Assembly: GCA_963702205.1 (NCBI GenBank)
Contig: OY969724.1
Location: 800,001-864,000, forward strand
Source of the DNA: an uncultured candidate division Zixibacteria bacterium
GTDB taxonomy: Bacteria; Zixibacteria; MSB-5A5; GN15; PGXB01
DNA: 64,000 nucleotides
Direction of reading: 5' to 3'
Positions within the stretch are counted from its first letter, which is position 1. Every line of letters begins with the position of its first letter. The notes below the pieces were generated by a model. It was not told where the DNA came from. It saw only the letters and a list, made by a program, of their open reading frames with translations, and made no database searches. Both the position numbers and the translations under genes were made by a program. Positions 50,318 through 58,299 of the stretch are shown piece by piece.

Positions 50318-51328
50318 CTATAACTCTTTCAACATATGGATTTGCCATAAGTCGCGGTTCGAAGTCCGAAGCAGGGGCAGCAGGGCTATTCGGCCGGTTT
50401 TGCCAATGCTTTTTTTCAGAAATTCCAGTTCCTTGAATTTGGCCTCGATATCATATTCGCATGTCACCTGAAGTCCATGCTGTCGCGCAAGCATGATGCC
50501 TTTGGCTCGCATTGACAATTCAATATGGAGTCGGAGATAGCACAGCATATCCGCCACCACCGGACCGGGAAATTTGGATTGAAGTTCCTCGAAATACTGT
50601 CCGATTCGTGTGTTCGTGGCGATCCCCGATTCGATTATATCCATCAGTTCTATATCGGTATCAAGGCCGGAACCAAGCCAATTTCTTGTGGTGCGTTCGC
50701 TGATCTCAAAGGCAATCATAAAAATAACGGGCAGAAATATTATCAATATAATGGCCGATAGTACGGGCGATAACAGGAAATGGTTATAAGCTGAGTGTAT
50801 AGCAACCGCCGTCAAAATGGTCAACCCAAAGCCTAGGGTATGTCCGTACTTGATTTTTTCGTAAATCGTCTGGTACAATGCCGCAAACACCGCCTGCGCG
50901 CCGCCGTGCATGATGGCCGTCCCGAAGCCTCTCAGAATCCACACAAGAACCTGCGAGTCATGCAGCGTAAAGACAAAATAACTGTTTTCCACAAATGCGA
51001 AACCACTACCGATAGCGAATCCCAGGATGGAAGCATCGACGACAAATCCGATTTTGTTTCTTTTCAATAATTGAACGATCCATAATCCCTTTAAGATTTC
51101 TTCTATAAACGGAGAAATGTAGCGTGTGTATGTGACGGTCTTTATATTCAGTAAGTCGATCAGTGCCCGATGCAGATAATAACAAATCAGTGCAACGAGA
51201 CAACCATACGCGATGGCCCTGATAATTTTCGTGACACCGACAAGTTTATAACTATCGAGGAAAATAAGAGCCGCCAGAAACAAGAATACCGGAAAGATGC
51301 TTATGATGATTTTTGCGGGGTATATCAT
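50318..51328 (-). CDS. PrsW family intramembrane protease
   Basis: PFIEEILK, FAFVEN, MHG, HSAYN motifs; extra soluble C-terminal domain. Confidence 0.92.
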   Translation of the reverse strand: MIYPAKIIISIFPVFLFLAALIFLDSYKLVGVTKIIRAIAYGCLVALICYYLHRALIDLLNIKTVTYTRYISPFIEEILKGLWIVQLLKRNKIGFVVDASILGFAIGSGFAFVENSYFVFTLHDSQVLVWILRGFGTAIMHGGAQAVFAALYQTIYEKIKYGHTLGFGLTILTAVAIHSAYNHFLLSPVLSAIILIIFLPVIFMIAFEISERTTRNWLGSGLDTDIELMDIIESGIATNTRIGQYFEELQSKFPGPVVADMLCYLRLHIELSMRAKGIMLARQHGLQVTCEYDIEAKFKELEFLKKSIGKTGRIALLPLLRTSNRDLWQIHMLKEL

Positions 51329-54258
51329 AGAATTTTCAGTGACATCATGAATTCATCGGATGGTACTCGTCCCTTTTCAAAGGCCGCGGCGTAGCCTATA
51401 GAATATGTAAGTCTTAAATGCGAAAGTAATTGAAAACGGAAATCCAGCTGGGCACCCAGATTGGCCACTTTTCGACGGAATTCGCTGCTTCCGATATTCG
51501 TTATTATTCCCGACGTAAAAAGCGCCGGCCTCACCCAGGTGCAGTACAACGCCTGGCCGCCAAGCCGCCTTAAGCGCAAGGGCGGCAGATTCCATTCGAT
51601 TATTGCTTTATAAAAATTCGTGCCACCGATAGCGTTCAATTCCGTCCCGGGAAACGAATAGTACTGCCGATATCTTTTTTCATATCTGTAATCGACCCAA
51701 TTATTTCCAAACCCGCCAAAATAGAAATTGGCGAATGGCTGGCGGTGTTCGCCCGGGGAATAGCCCACCCACTGCCGCAGCCAGATTGAGGAATGATAGA
51801 ATAATTTAACCCCGAGGTCGAGCTGTGTATGAGAAAGCGGGTATACCCTTTTATTGACATAGTTCGTGTTTATATCAACATTCCATTGCATACCTTTTTC
51901 ATAATCAACAGCTCCAAGAGTCGCTACCATATTTGAATAATTCAATCCGATATCGGCGTTAATAAATTTGTCATAGGTTGTTGCGATGTTCTGATAGTCC
52001 GGAAGGCGTTCCAAACCGCCATAACCGGTAAGACTAAAATTCAGGTCCAACGTTTTGGGTTCTTCATAAATCAGGGATTTGTCGTGATTGATACCAAGGG
52101 AATACCCTTTGCGGCTGGTTTTAGTCGGACCAAACAGGTCATAGAAGTCGGCTGCGTTGTACTTAAAATTTATCTTCCAGTTTAATTTCGAATAGTTGGC
52201 TTTGACATGCCACTTTTGATTCATATTCAAACTCTGCGCCGGCGAAAAAGTTGCGGCCAGGTCCAACCTGTTCATATTCATAGGGTCGGCAATGTCCATT
52301 CTTAATCCTGCAGCCGTATATACATCGTACCCTTCTACGATAGGATAGAGAGATGTTGGACGTACATGTGCAATGGCCCGATAATCCCGGTTTTTCACGG
52401 TCATTGAATCGAGGTTAATCCGCGCAGGTGAACCGACCATCCAGTTTTTAAGTTCCGGATATTTATTGACGGTCATTGTCCCGAGGTACACCGTAGGACT
52501 GACGTCTTCAAGAGCCTTTTCTTCAATAACGGCGGGCACAAAACCCTGGCCCGTATAACAAAATACTATTAGTGAATCATAATCGATTGGAATTGGGTGG
52601 AAAAATCCCGTTTCGCAATTGCTGAGACAGTCCATTGAATCGAGGTCGAGGTCATAACGAAAAATATTGGAAACACCCGTATAATAAGACGACCCGTAAA
52701 GTCTCCGGCCGTCATCGGAAAATACGAATCCTTCCGGGTTGCTGTTTCCAAAATCATAAAGCTCATGGTAGGTCGAGTCACCGGACATTAAACTATCGAC
52801 ATTCATGATTACCAGCGACTGCCACCCGTTGATTTTGGCTAATGCTCCCGATAGATGACTGCCATCATGTGAAATATCAAGGTCATAGATATCATAGCCG
52901 TACGATAACGGCCATATGAGATTCCATTCGTGATAGGGATATGGGATTCGAACAATGCTCGATATACCGTTGGTATGGCGAACCCCCCAGAGAGAGCTAT
53001 CGGAATAATTAAAGGCCAGATCACCTATTCGGGCATCTTTTAATAACGTCTTTTTCCTGCCGCTACCAATATTTACTACTACAAGATCGCGCCAGGAATA
53101 ATTGTCTTCGGTGAAAAATATATTTCCAGTCGTTGAATCGTAAGCGACAGAAGATACGAAAAACAAAGCGGGCCCCTTAATATCACAAATCTTACGGATT
53201 TCCTTTGTATTCAGGTCAATCGAAGCGACCTGACCGAATTCGCCCGGGTAATTGACTGCGACCATAATTTGCCCCCTGCTGCGATCATAAAATCCTCGTG
53301 AAACCGACCCAAGGCCTCTATCGGTCAGTAATTCATAGTCGGTGGTCGGATAAGTATGAATGGAATCGAGGTTAGTTTCCTGAAATTCATGTTCCCAATC
53401 GATCCATTTCTGCCACTCGTCGTCAAGTGATGTCCAGAAAGTCTTTTTGAATTGACTCGCAAAATAGCTATTGCTGCCGTTTGTTCGGCCAACCCATTCG
53501 ATCAACTTCTCAGGCCCGTATCGATAAGCCAGATAGCAAAAAAAGCGAGTTCCGTGCAAATAGGAATTTACTCCCACATGAAAATCGACCGCAGTGCCCT
53601 CGGCTTCCAGCCCGACCGGGCCATAGAAACCCGCACTATCCCGCACTTTGGTCCGGAAGACCATTTCGTCGTAAGCACCCAGGGCGCGACCGAATCCTCC
53701 GCTCATCCATGTCTCCATGAAAACCGCTATCCCTTCCTGATACCATCTCGGCCCGGATCTTCTTGGTGTAGCCAAGTAATCATAAATCATGGTCTCGGGG
53801 TGTTCAGTTGTGGGCATAATTTTTCCCATAAATAAATGCCTGAAAAATTTATCGCGGCTGCTGGCCTTGTCCATTGCAACGATATGAACCAATTCATGAT
53901 TCATCAGCGTGTTCATTCGTTCGTTGACCGGAACCGTTTCATAGGCATAGTTAAACGGCGAAATATCAACCATAATTAAATTTTCAGGAACATTCTTGGC
54001 TCCGCCGTTACCGTAATCCGTAAAGTCGTGAAGAAAGATGGTGATTTTTTCCGAGGATTTGTAATCCCATAGTCTTGAATGAAATTGATAGGAGTTTTCA
54101 AAACACCGGGCCAAATGCGGTGCAAGATATGACGAAAGATAATCAAAATAGATCAATCGTAGATTATCCGTTTCAAGACATTTCAGTTGTGCCATTGAAC
54201 TTGTTGCAATGACTAATAAAAAGAAAAGTGCCGTTAGGATTTTATAAATTCTTGACAT
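51325..54258 (-). CDS. Secreted/outer-membrane protein: gluzincin-like peptidase, propeller and probable beta-barrel
   Basis: HELVH...WYQEGIA; propeller-like middle; amphipathic beta-strand C-terminus. Confidence 0.75.
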   Translation of the reverse strand: MSRIYKILTALFFLLVIATSSMAQLKCLETDNLRLIYFDYLSSYLAPHLARCFENSYQFHSRLWDYKSSEKITIFLHDFTDYGNGGAKNVPENLIMVDISPFNYAYETVPVNERMNTLMNHELVHIVAMDKASSRDKFFRHLFMGKIMPTTEHPETMIYDYLATPRRSGPRWYQEGIAVFMETWMSGGFGRALGAYDEMVFRTKVRDSAGFYGPVGLEAEGTAVDFHVGVNSYLHGTRFFCYLAYRYGPEKLIEWVGRTNGSNSYFASQFKKTFWTSLDDEWQKWIDWEHEFQETNLDSIHTYPTTDYELLTDRGLGSVSRGFYDRSRGQIMVAVNYPGEFGQVASIDLNTKEIRKICDIKGPALFFVSSVAYDSTTGNIFFTEDNYSWRDLVVVNIGSGRKKTLLKDARIGDLAFNYSDSSLWGVRHTNGISSIVRIPYPYHEWNLIWPLSYGYDIYDLDISHDGSHLSGALAKINGWQSLVIMNVDSLMSGDSTYHELYDFGNSNPEGFVFSDDGRRLYGSSYYTGVSNIFRYDLDLDSMDCLSNCETGFFHPIPIDYDSLIVFCYTGQGFVPAVIEEKALEDVSPTVYLGTMTVNKYPELKNWMVGSPARINLDSMTVKNRDYRAIAHVRPTSLYPIVEGYDVYTAAGLRMDIADPMNMNRLDLAATFSPAQSLNMNQKWHVKANYSKLNWKINFKYNAADFYDLFGPTKTSRKGYSLGINHDKSLIYEEPKTLDLNFSLTGYGGLERLPDYQNIATTYDKFINADIGLNYSNMVATLGAVDYEKGMQWNVDINTNYVNKRVYPLSHTQLDLGVKLFYHSSIWLRQWVGYSPGEHRQPFANFYFGGFGNNWVDYRYEKRYRQYYSFPGTELNAIGGTNFYKAIIEWNLPPLRLRRLGGQALYCTWVRPALFTSGIITNIGSSEFRRKVANLGAQLDFRFQLLSHLRLTYSIGYAAAFEKGRVPSDEFMMSLKIL

Positions 54259-54285
54259 GCCTTATCCAATGTTATGTACCAGGCG

Positions 54286-54319
54286 AAAGGAGATGCCCGT
54301 TATCAGGCATCTCCTTTCA
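54286..54319. terminator. Strong hairpin between the Met-rich gene and the peptidase gene
   Basis: GAAAGGAGATGCC-N8-GGCATCTCCTTTC. Confidence 0.6.
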
Positions 54320-54381
54320 TTGGATTGAGAGCCACCCGTTTGGTTCAAATCCAATAGTCCAGCATGAGCACGACTGCTGGG

Positions 54382-55512
54382 TTATCTCATTTCTTCCGCG
54401 TGAACGCTGGCCATTCTGGCGAAATCCGGGATTTTAACCATCTTCGCAAAGCCGGGATCCTGAATCATGCGATCCAAATCCGGGATTTTTACCATGCGAG
54501 CGCACTCCGGCATTTTTATCATTCTGGCGAATGAAGGATCGGCAACCATCCGGGCGAATTCCGTCTTTTCAATCATTCTTGCCATTTCAGGAATTTTCCG
54601 CATTCTGGCGAATTCGGCGTTTTCAGACATTCTCGCCAGGGCCGGAATATGGGCCATCTTGGCCATATCCGAAATCTCGGCCATCTTCATCATTTCCGGA
54701 ATTTTAGCCATTTTTGCAAAGCCCGGCAGTGCCACAATCCTGGCGAATTCAGGAATATTAGCCATTCGAGCGAGTTCCGGCATCTGGATTAATTTCATGG
54801 CTTCAGCATCTTTGGCTATATTGCTGTAAACAGGTTGATTGGTGGCAGCATCATCCAGAGCGCTAATGGCTTCCGGCGTTTTTGACATTCGGGCAAAATC
54901 CGGCATGGCTATCAACTTTACCAGCGAATACCCCCATCTCGAGAATTCGGGACCAATTGATTGGTTTTCAATCAGCCTGGCAAATTCGGGCATGGCCAGC
55001 AATTTGGCGCATTCCGGCATTTTGACCATCCGTGCCATATCGGCATCTTTGATTAATTTGTCGAATTGTTCCAGATTGGCCAGTCTCATCATTTGTGGGT
55101 CCTGAAGCATCCGTGCCATTTCCGGATTTTCCAGCATTTTGGCCATGTTGCCCATCTCAAGGGATTTTACAAACTCGGGAGTCTGCACCATGCTGGCGAA
55201 TTCCGGAAGGGCGACTAATTTGGCAAATCCCGGGTCCGCCATCATCTTTTGAAAATCGGTGTTCTCCAACAGAGCCAGAAATTGATCATCCTGGAGCAAC
55301 TTCTGTACGTCGGGATCATTTAGAATTACGCTTTCGTCAGTCATCTGTTCGGCCCGATACCTGTCGGATGCACCTATTGTGCCCTGAAGGTTTTCTTCCC
55401 TGGGCATGAAGCTCACAACGGCGACAACGGCGATGATTACCACGACAACAGCTATGCCGCCGAAAATGATTCCTTTTTTGCCCTTGGCGGGCATACCACT
55501 GGTTGACTCCAT
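54382..55512 (-). CDS. Membrane-anchored Met-rich protein with ~30 9-aa repeats (PEFARMxxx)
   Basis: One N-terminal TM helix, GTIGASDRY segment, then 9-residue periodicity; GGAGG RBS. Confidence 0.85.
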   Translation of the reverse strand: MESTSGMPAKGKKGIIFGGIAVVVVIIAVVAVVSFMPREENLQGTIGASDRYRAEQMTDESVILNDPDVQKLLQDDQFLALLENTDFQKMMADPGFAKLVALPEFASMVQTPEFVKSLEMGNMAKMLENPEMARMLQDPQMMRLANLEQFDKLIKDADMARMVKMPECAKLLAMPEFARLIENQSIGPEFSRWGYSLVKLIAMPDFARMSKTPEAISALDDAATNQPVYSNIAKDAEAMKLIQMPELARMANIPEFARIVALPGFAKMAKIPEMMKMAEISDMAKMAHIPALARMSENAEFARMRKIPEMARMIEKTEFARMVADPSFARMIKMPECARMVKIPDLDRMIQDPGFAKMVKIPDFARMASVHAEEMR

Positions 55513-55568
55513 AATTACCTCCGAATAGTTATGGCGTTTACGGTTCGATTAGTCTTTAGTGTTTAGCC

Positions 55569-55601
55569 TAAATACCAGCGTGCTCAAGGAAAGTTTGTGA
55601 A
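55569..55601 (-). promoter_or_regulatory. Putative ECF promoter, copy 2
   Basis: TTCACAAACTTT-N10-GCTGGTATTTA, same spacing as the copy at 56974-57006. Confidence 0.6.
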
Positions 55602-55635
55602 GTTTCATCCGGGCTCTTATCTATTCAGCAAGAAA

Positions 55636-56433
55636 TTAATCAAGAGCCAGTGATGAAGTATAAACCACGTTGTCTGAAGTGCCTGATTTTACGAGAAAGT
55701 CGATCGAGGACTTCCCTTCCGATATTTTCTTAAAAGTTATGCCGAAATCTCCGGCATCGATGTTTCTTATTGTTATCCCCTTATCATCAACCTCCAGTCT
55801 GTTTTCCGATATATATTTTGGTGCCGTGGATATTTCTATCGGTGAGAATACATTCGGGTCGAATTTGACGGTATATGTAACAGGGGAGCCACCGCTAATA
55901 TTAACTTCTGTCCTGACAATGCCCTCTGTTCTAACCACCCTGAAACTGCCCGATACATCGGCACGATTGAAATGCTCGTCTTTTATGATATTGTCTAAAT
56001 TTTCTGAGGGAGCCTCCGAGATAATAGTCCCGGTCAGGATATTTTTGTCAAACGCGGAAGGGCTATGGAATATCCCGGCATAAAGCGCCAAAATCAATGC
56101 CCCGCATAAAACCCCACCGGCGAAAGATAAAGCAAAGCCTGCTCTATAGCCAAGAACGTAAGGGCGCAAGGTGTCAAATATTGATTTCTTTCGAGCCCGT
56201 GAATAACGATCGGCATCTATTGACCGCATGATGCCAGCTTTCAAATCCGGGGGTGGCGCTACTTCTTCAGCCGTTTTGATAATATCCACGGTTTGCCTGA
56301 ATCGACCGTATATCACACGAGCTTCTTCGCTATCGACCAGGATGCTCCTGAGCTTCCTTAGATCATCCGGTGATATTGTGCCGTCGATTTCCTCGTTGAT
56401 CAGGCGATATAATATATTATTGCTATCATCCAT
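55636..56433 (-). CDS. Anti-sigma factor (single TM, periplasmic domain)
   Basis: Overlaps the ECF gene; LINEEIDGTIS...PPPDLKAGIM N-terminal anti-sigma pattern without HxxxCxxC. Confidence 0.8.
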   Translation of the reverse strand: MDDSNNILYRLINEEIDGTISPDDLRKLRSILVDSEEARVIYGRFRQTVDIIKTAEEVAPPPDLKAGIMRSIDADRYSRARKKSIFDTLRPYVLGYRAGFALSFAGGVLCGALILALYAGIFHSPSAFDKNILTGTIISEAPSENLDNIIKDEHFNRADVSGSFRVVRTEGIVRTEVNISGGSPVTYTVKFDPNVFSPIEISTAPKYISENRLEVDDKGITIRNIDAGDFGITFKKISEGKSSIDFLVKSGTSDNVVYTSSLALD

Positions 56434-56974
56434 AAGTCACCAGCCCTCTTTTTGTCATAATATCAGCCAACAGTCGCCGCGCAGTATATAATCTCGATTT
56501 AACTTTATTTTCCTCTATTCCCAGGATGTATCCAATATCCCGGTAGGGCAGGTCAACCCAGTGCCTGAAAATAATGACCAGACGATATTCGAGGGGGAGT
56601 TCTGCCAGCGCTTTGTCTACGTGGCCGGACAGCTTTTTCCTGTCATAGATCACTTCCGGGGTTTCCGTCGAGGCGATTTGTTCGGGATCGATGGCCGTTT
56701 GTTTTTTGCGCTTATCCATAAAGTTTAGTGCTTCGTTTACCGTCATTTTGTAAATCCAACTGAAAAACTTGTAATGAAAGTCAAATATCTCCAGTTTTTC
56801 GAAGGCTTTGACAAATACTGCCTGCGTAACGTCCCGGGCGTCTTCAAAATCCCCCACGATTTTCAGAGCGGCGTTAAAAACGGGCTTTTCGTATTTCTCA
56901 ATCAGCCTTTCAAATGCTTTGCTGTCTCCATTTAAGCAATTTTGGACCAGTTCATTGTCTTCTTTATCCAACAT
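56426..56974 (-). CDS. ECF RNA polymerase sigma factor
   Basis: DARDVTQAVF, FFSWIY, LPYRDIG..LG..VKSRL regions 2 and 4. Confidence 0.95.
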   Translation of the reverse strand: MLDKEDNELVQNCLNGDSKAFERLIEKYEKPVFNAALKIVGDFEDARDVTQAVFVKAFEKLEIFDFHYKFFSWIYKMTVNEALNFMDKRKKQTAIDPEQIASTETPEVIYDRKKLSGHVDKALAELPLEYRLVIIFRHWVDLPYRDIGYILGIEENKVKSRLYTARRLLADIMTKRGLVTYG

Positions 56975-57006
56975 AACTACCGGCAATGAGCAATAAAGTT
57001 GATGAA
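56974..57006 (-). promoter_or_regulatory. Putative autoregulatory ECF promoter, copy 1
   Basis: TTCATCAACTTT-N10-GCCGGTAGTTA directly before the start codon. Confidence 0.6.
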
Positions 57007-57223
57007 AAAATTGATTGTCGCCTCCTCCCCAAATGCATCGGTTCCATATCGCGCAGTCTGAACGGCTTGCGCCGTTATATTGCATGGAACATGCTAGACT
57101 ACAATAAATTAAAATGGGAGAAGAAAAGTCAAGAATATTGTTAGTGATTCATCGGCTACCCGAAAAGGCCGGTGCCTATGTGCTTGAATTAAAGTCAGTT
57201 AAAGGACCGGGCCGACGCTGCGT

Positions 57224-57508
57224 TTATTCAATGTCGAATATCTGGTCCATGCCGGCATATCGAAAAACATCACGGATATGTTTATTCATGTTTATCATTT
57301 TAATCGTGTGACCGGATTCCTCGAGACGTTTTCGTGCGACAAGGAATATCCCCAGACCGGCGCTGGAAATGTAATCGAGTTTTTCAAAATCGACTGTAAA
57401 TGACTCATTGAGTTGATCGAGCACCGTGCCGGCTTTAGACGTCTGGGAGGCATCTAACCGGCCCGATACACGGACTATGCCTTCTTCAGCAACGGATATT
57501 TCAAACAT
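57224..57508 (-). CDS. STAS domain anti-anti-sigma factor
   Basis: LDYISSAGLG motif. Confidence 0.93.
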   Translation of the reverse strand: MFEISVAEEGIVRVSGRLDASQTSKAGTVLDQLNESFTVDFEKLDYISSAGLGIFLVARKRLEESGHTIKMINMNKHIRDVFRYAGMDQIFDIE

Positions 57509-57911
57509 CTTCAGGCTCCAGACTTTTTTTCAATATTATTGTATTCTGTCCGTTTTTGTAAAAATACTCCATCGAATCCATCAATTGTCGTACCAGATGA
57601 ATCCCAAGACCGCCGACCTTTCGATTTTGAAGCGGCGTATTTACCTGTACTTCCGGAATGGTGTCAGGATCAAATTCGGGACCGGCGTCGACAATTTTAA
57701 GTTCCAGATACTTACCCTTATGCTCAATGGATATTGAAATATAATCCTGACCGGATCGATTGTATTTTATGCAGTTGGTTATTAATTCTTCCGCGGCAAG
57801 ACTGATCGGAAAAGAGATTGGATCGTGGATATTATACTCCGAAAAAAAATTCTGCAAAAATTCGAAAAGCTGACCTATTTTGTCAAGCGATCTGGGTAGT
57901 TTCTTTTCCAT
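57501..57911 (-). CDS. RsbW/SpoIIAB-like HATPase Ser kinase
   Basis: EELITNCIKY, DAGPEFDP, GGLGIHLV; start could be further upstream. Confidence 0.92.
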   Translation of the reverse strand: MEKKLPRSLDKIGQLFEFLQNFFSEYNIHDPISFPISLAAEELITNCIKYNRSGQDYISISIEHKGKYLELKIVDAGPEFDPDTIPEVQVNTPLQNRKVGGLGIHLVRQLMDSMEYFYKNGQNTIILKKSLEPEDV

Positions 57912-58077
57912 TACACCGTTCAAGCAGTTGAGTTTCTTGTGCAAACCGATTCTTGTTTTATAATCAACGACCAAATCGATAAATAAACAATTAGAAAATT
58001 ATGTTTGACTCCATATGAATATGAAGGGGGAGGTTTTTGACAATGACATAACAGCAAAACACCTATCCATGTGCTCC

Positions 58078-58177
58078 TATTTTAGCAGGAATCTTCTAAA
58101 ATCATCAATAAAGGGACGCTTTTTTTATATCCGGTTTATTTCAGTTTACATACGCAAAATACCCCGGTTAATGGATT
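58078..58177 (+). repeat. att-like junction 3
   Basis: AGCAGGAATCTTCTAAAATCATCAATAAA-GGGACGC(58113-58119)-T7-ATATCCGGTT...CAAAATACC..GTTAATGGATT. Confidence 0.82.
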
Positions 58178-58252
58178 GTCATGCAAAATGAAATATCGTC
58201 GAATTAAATAGCGTTCTTTTCAGAATGCCTCAAAAAAGCTGCTTCCAATAAT

Positions 58253-58279
58253 AAAGGCCCCGAAGAGTCGGGGCCTTTT
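58253..58279. terminator. Bidirectional terminator
   Basis: AAAGGCCCCGA-AGAG-TCGGGGCCTTTT. Confidence 0.8.
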
Positions 58280-58299
58280 GGATAAGGTATAAATGTCCG

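Noticed and set aside
28252..58177. Classical integron (attC) or Xer/dif array as explanation of the junctions
   Set aside because: No RYYYAAC...GTTRRRY hairpins, no intI, no match to the dif consensus; the core is the tRNA 3' end and units are multi-gene
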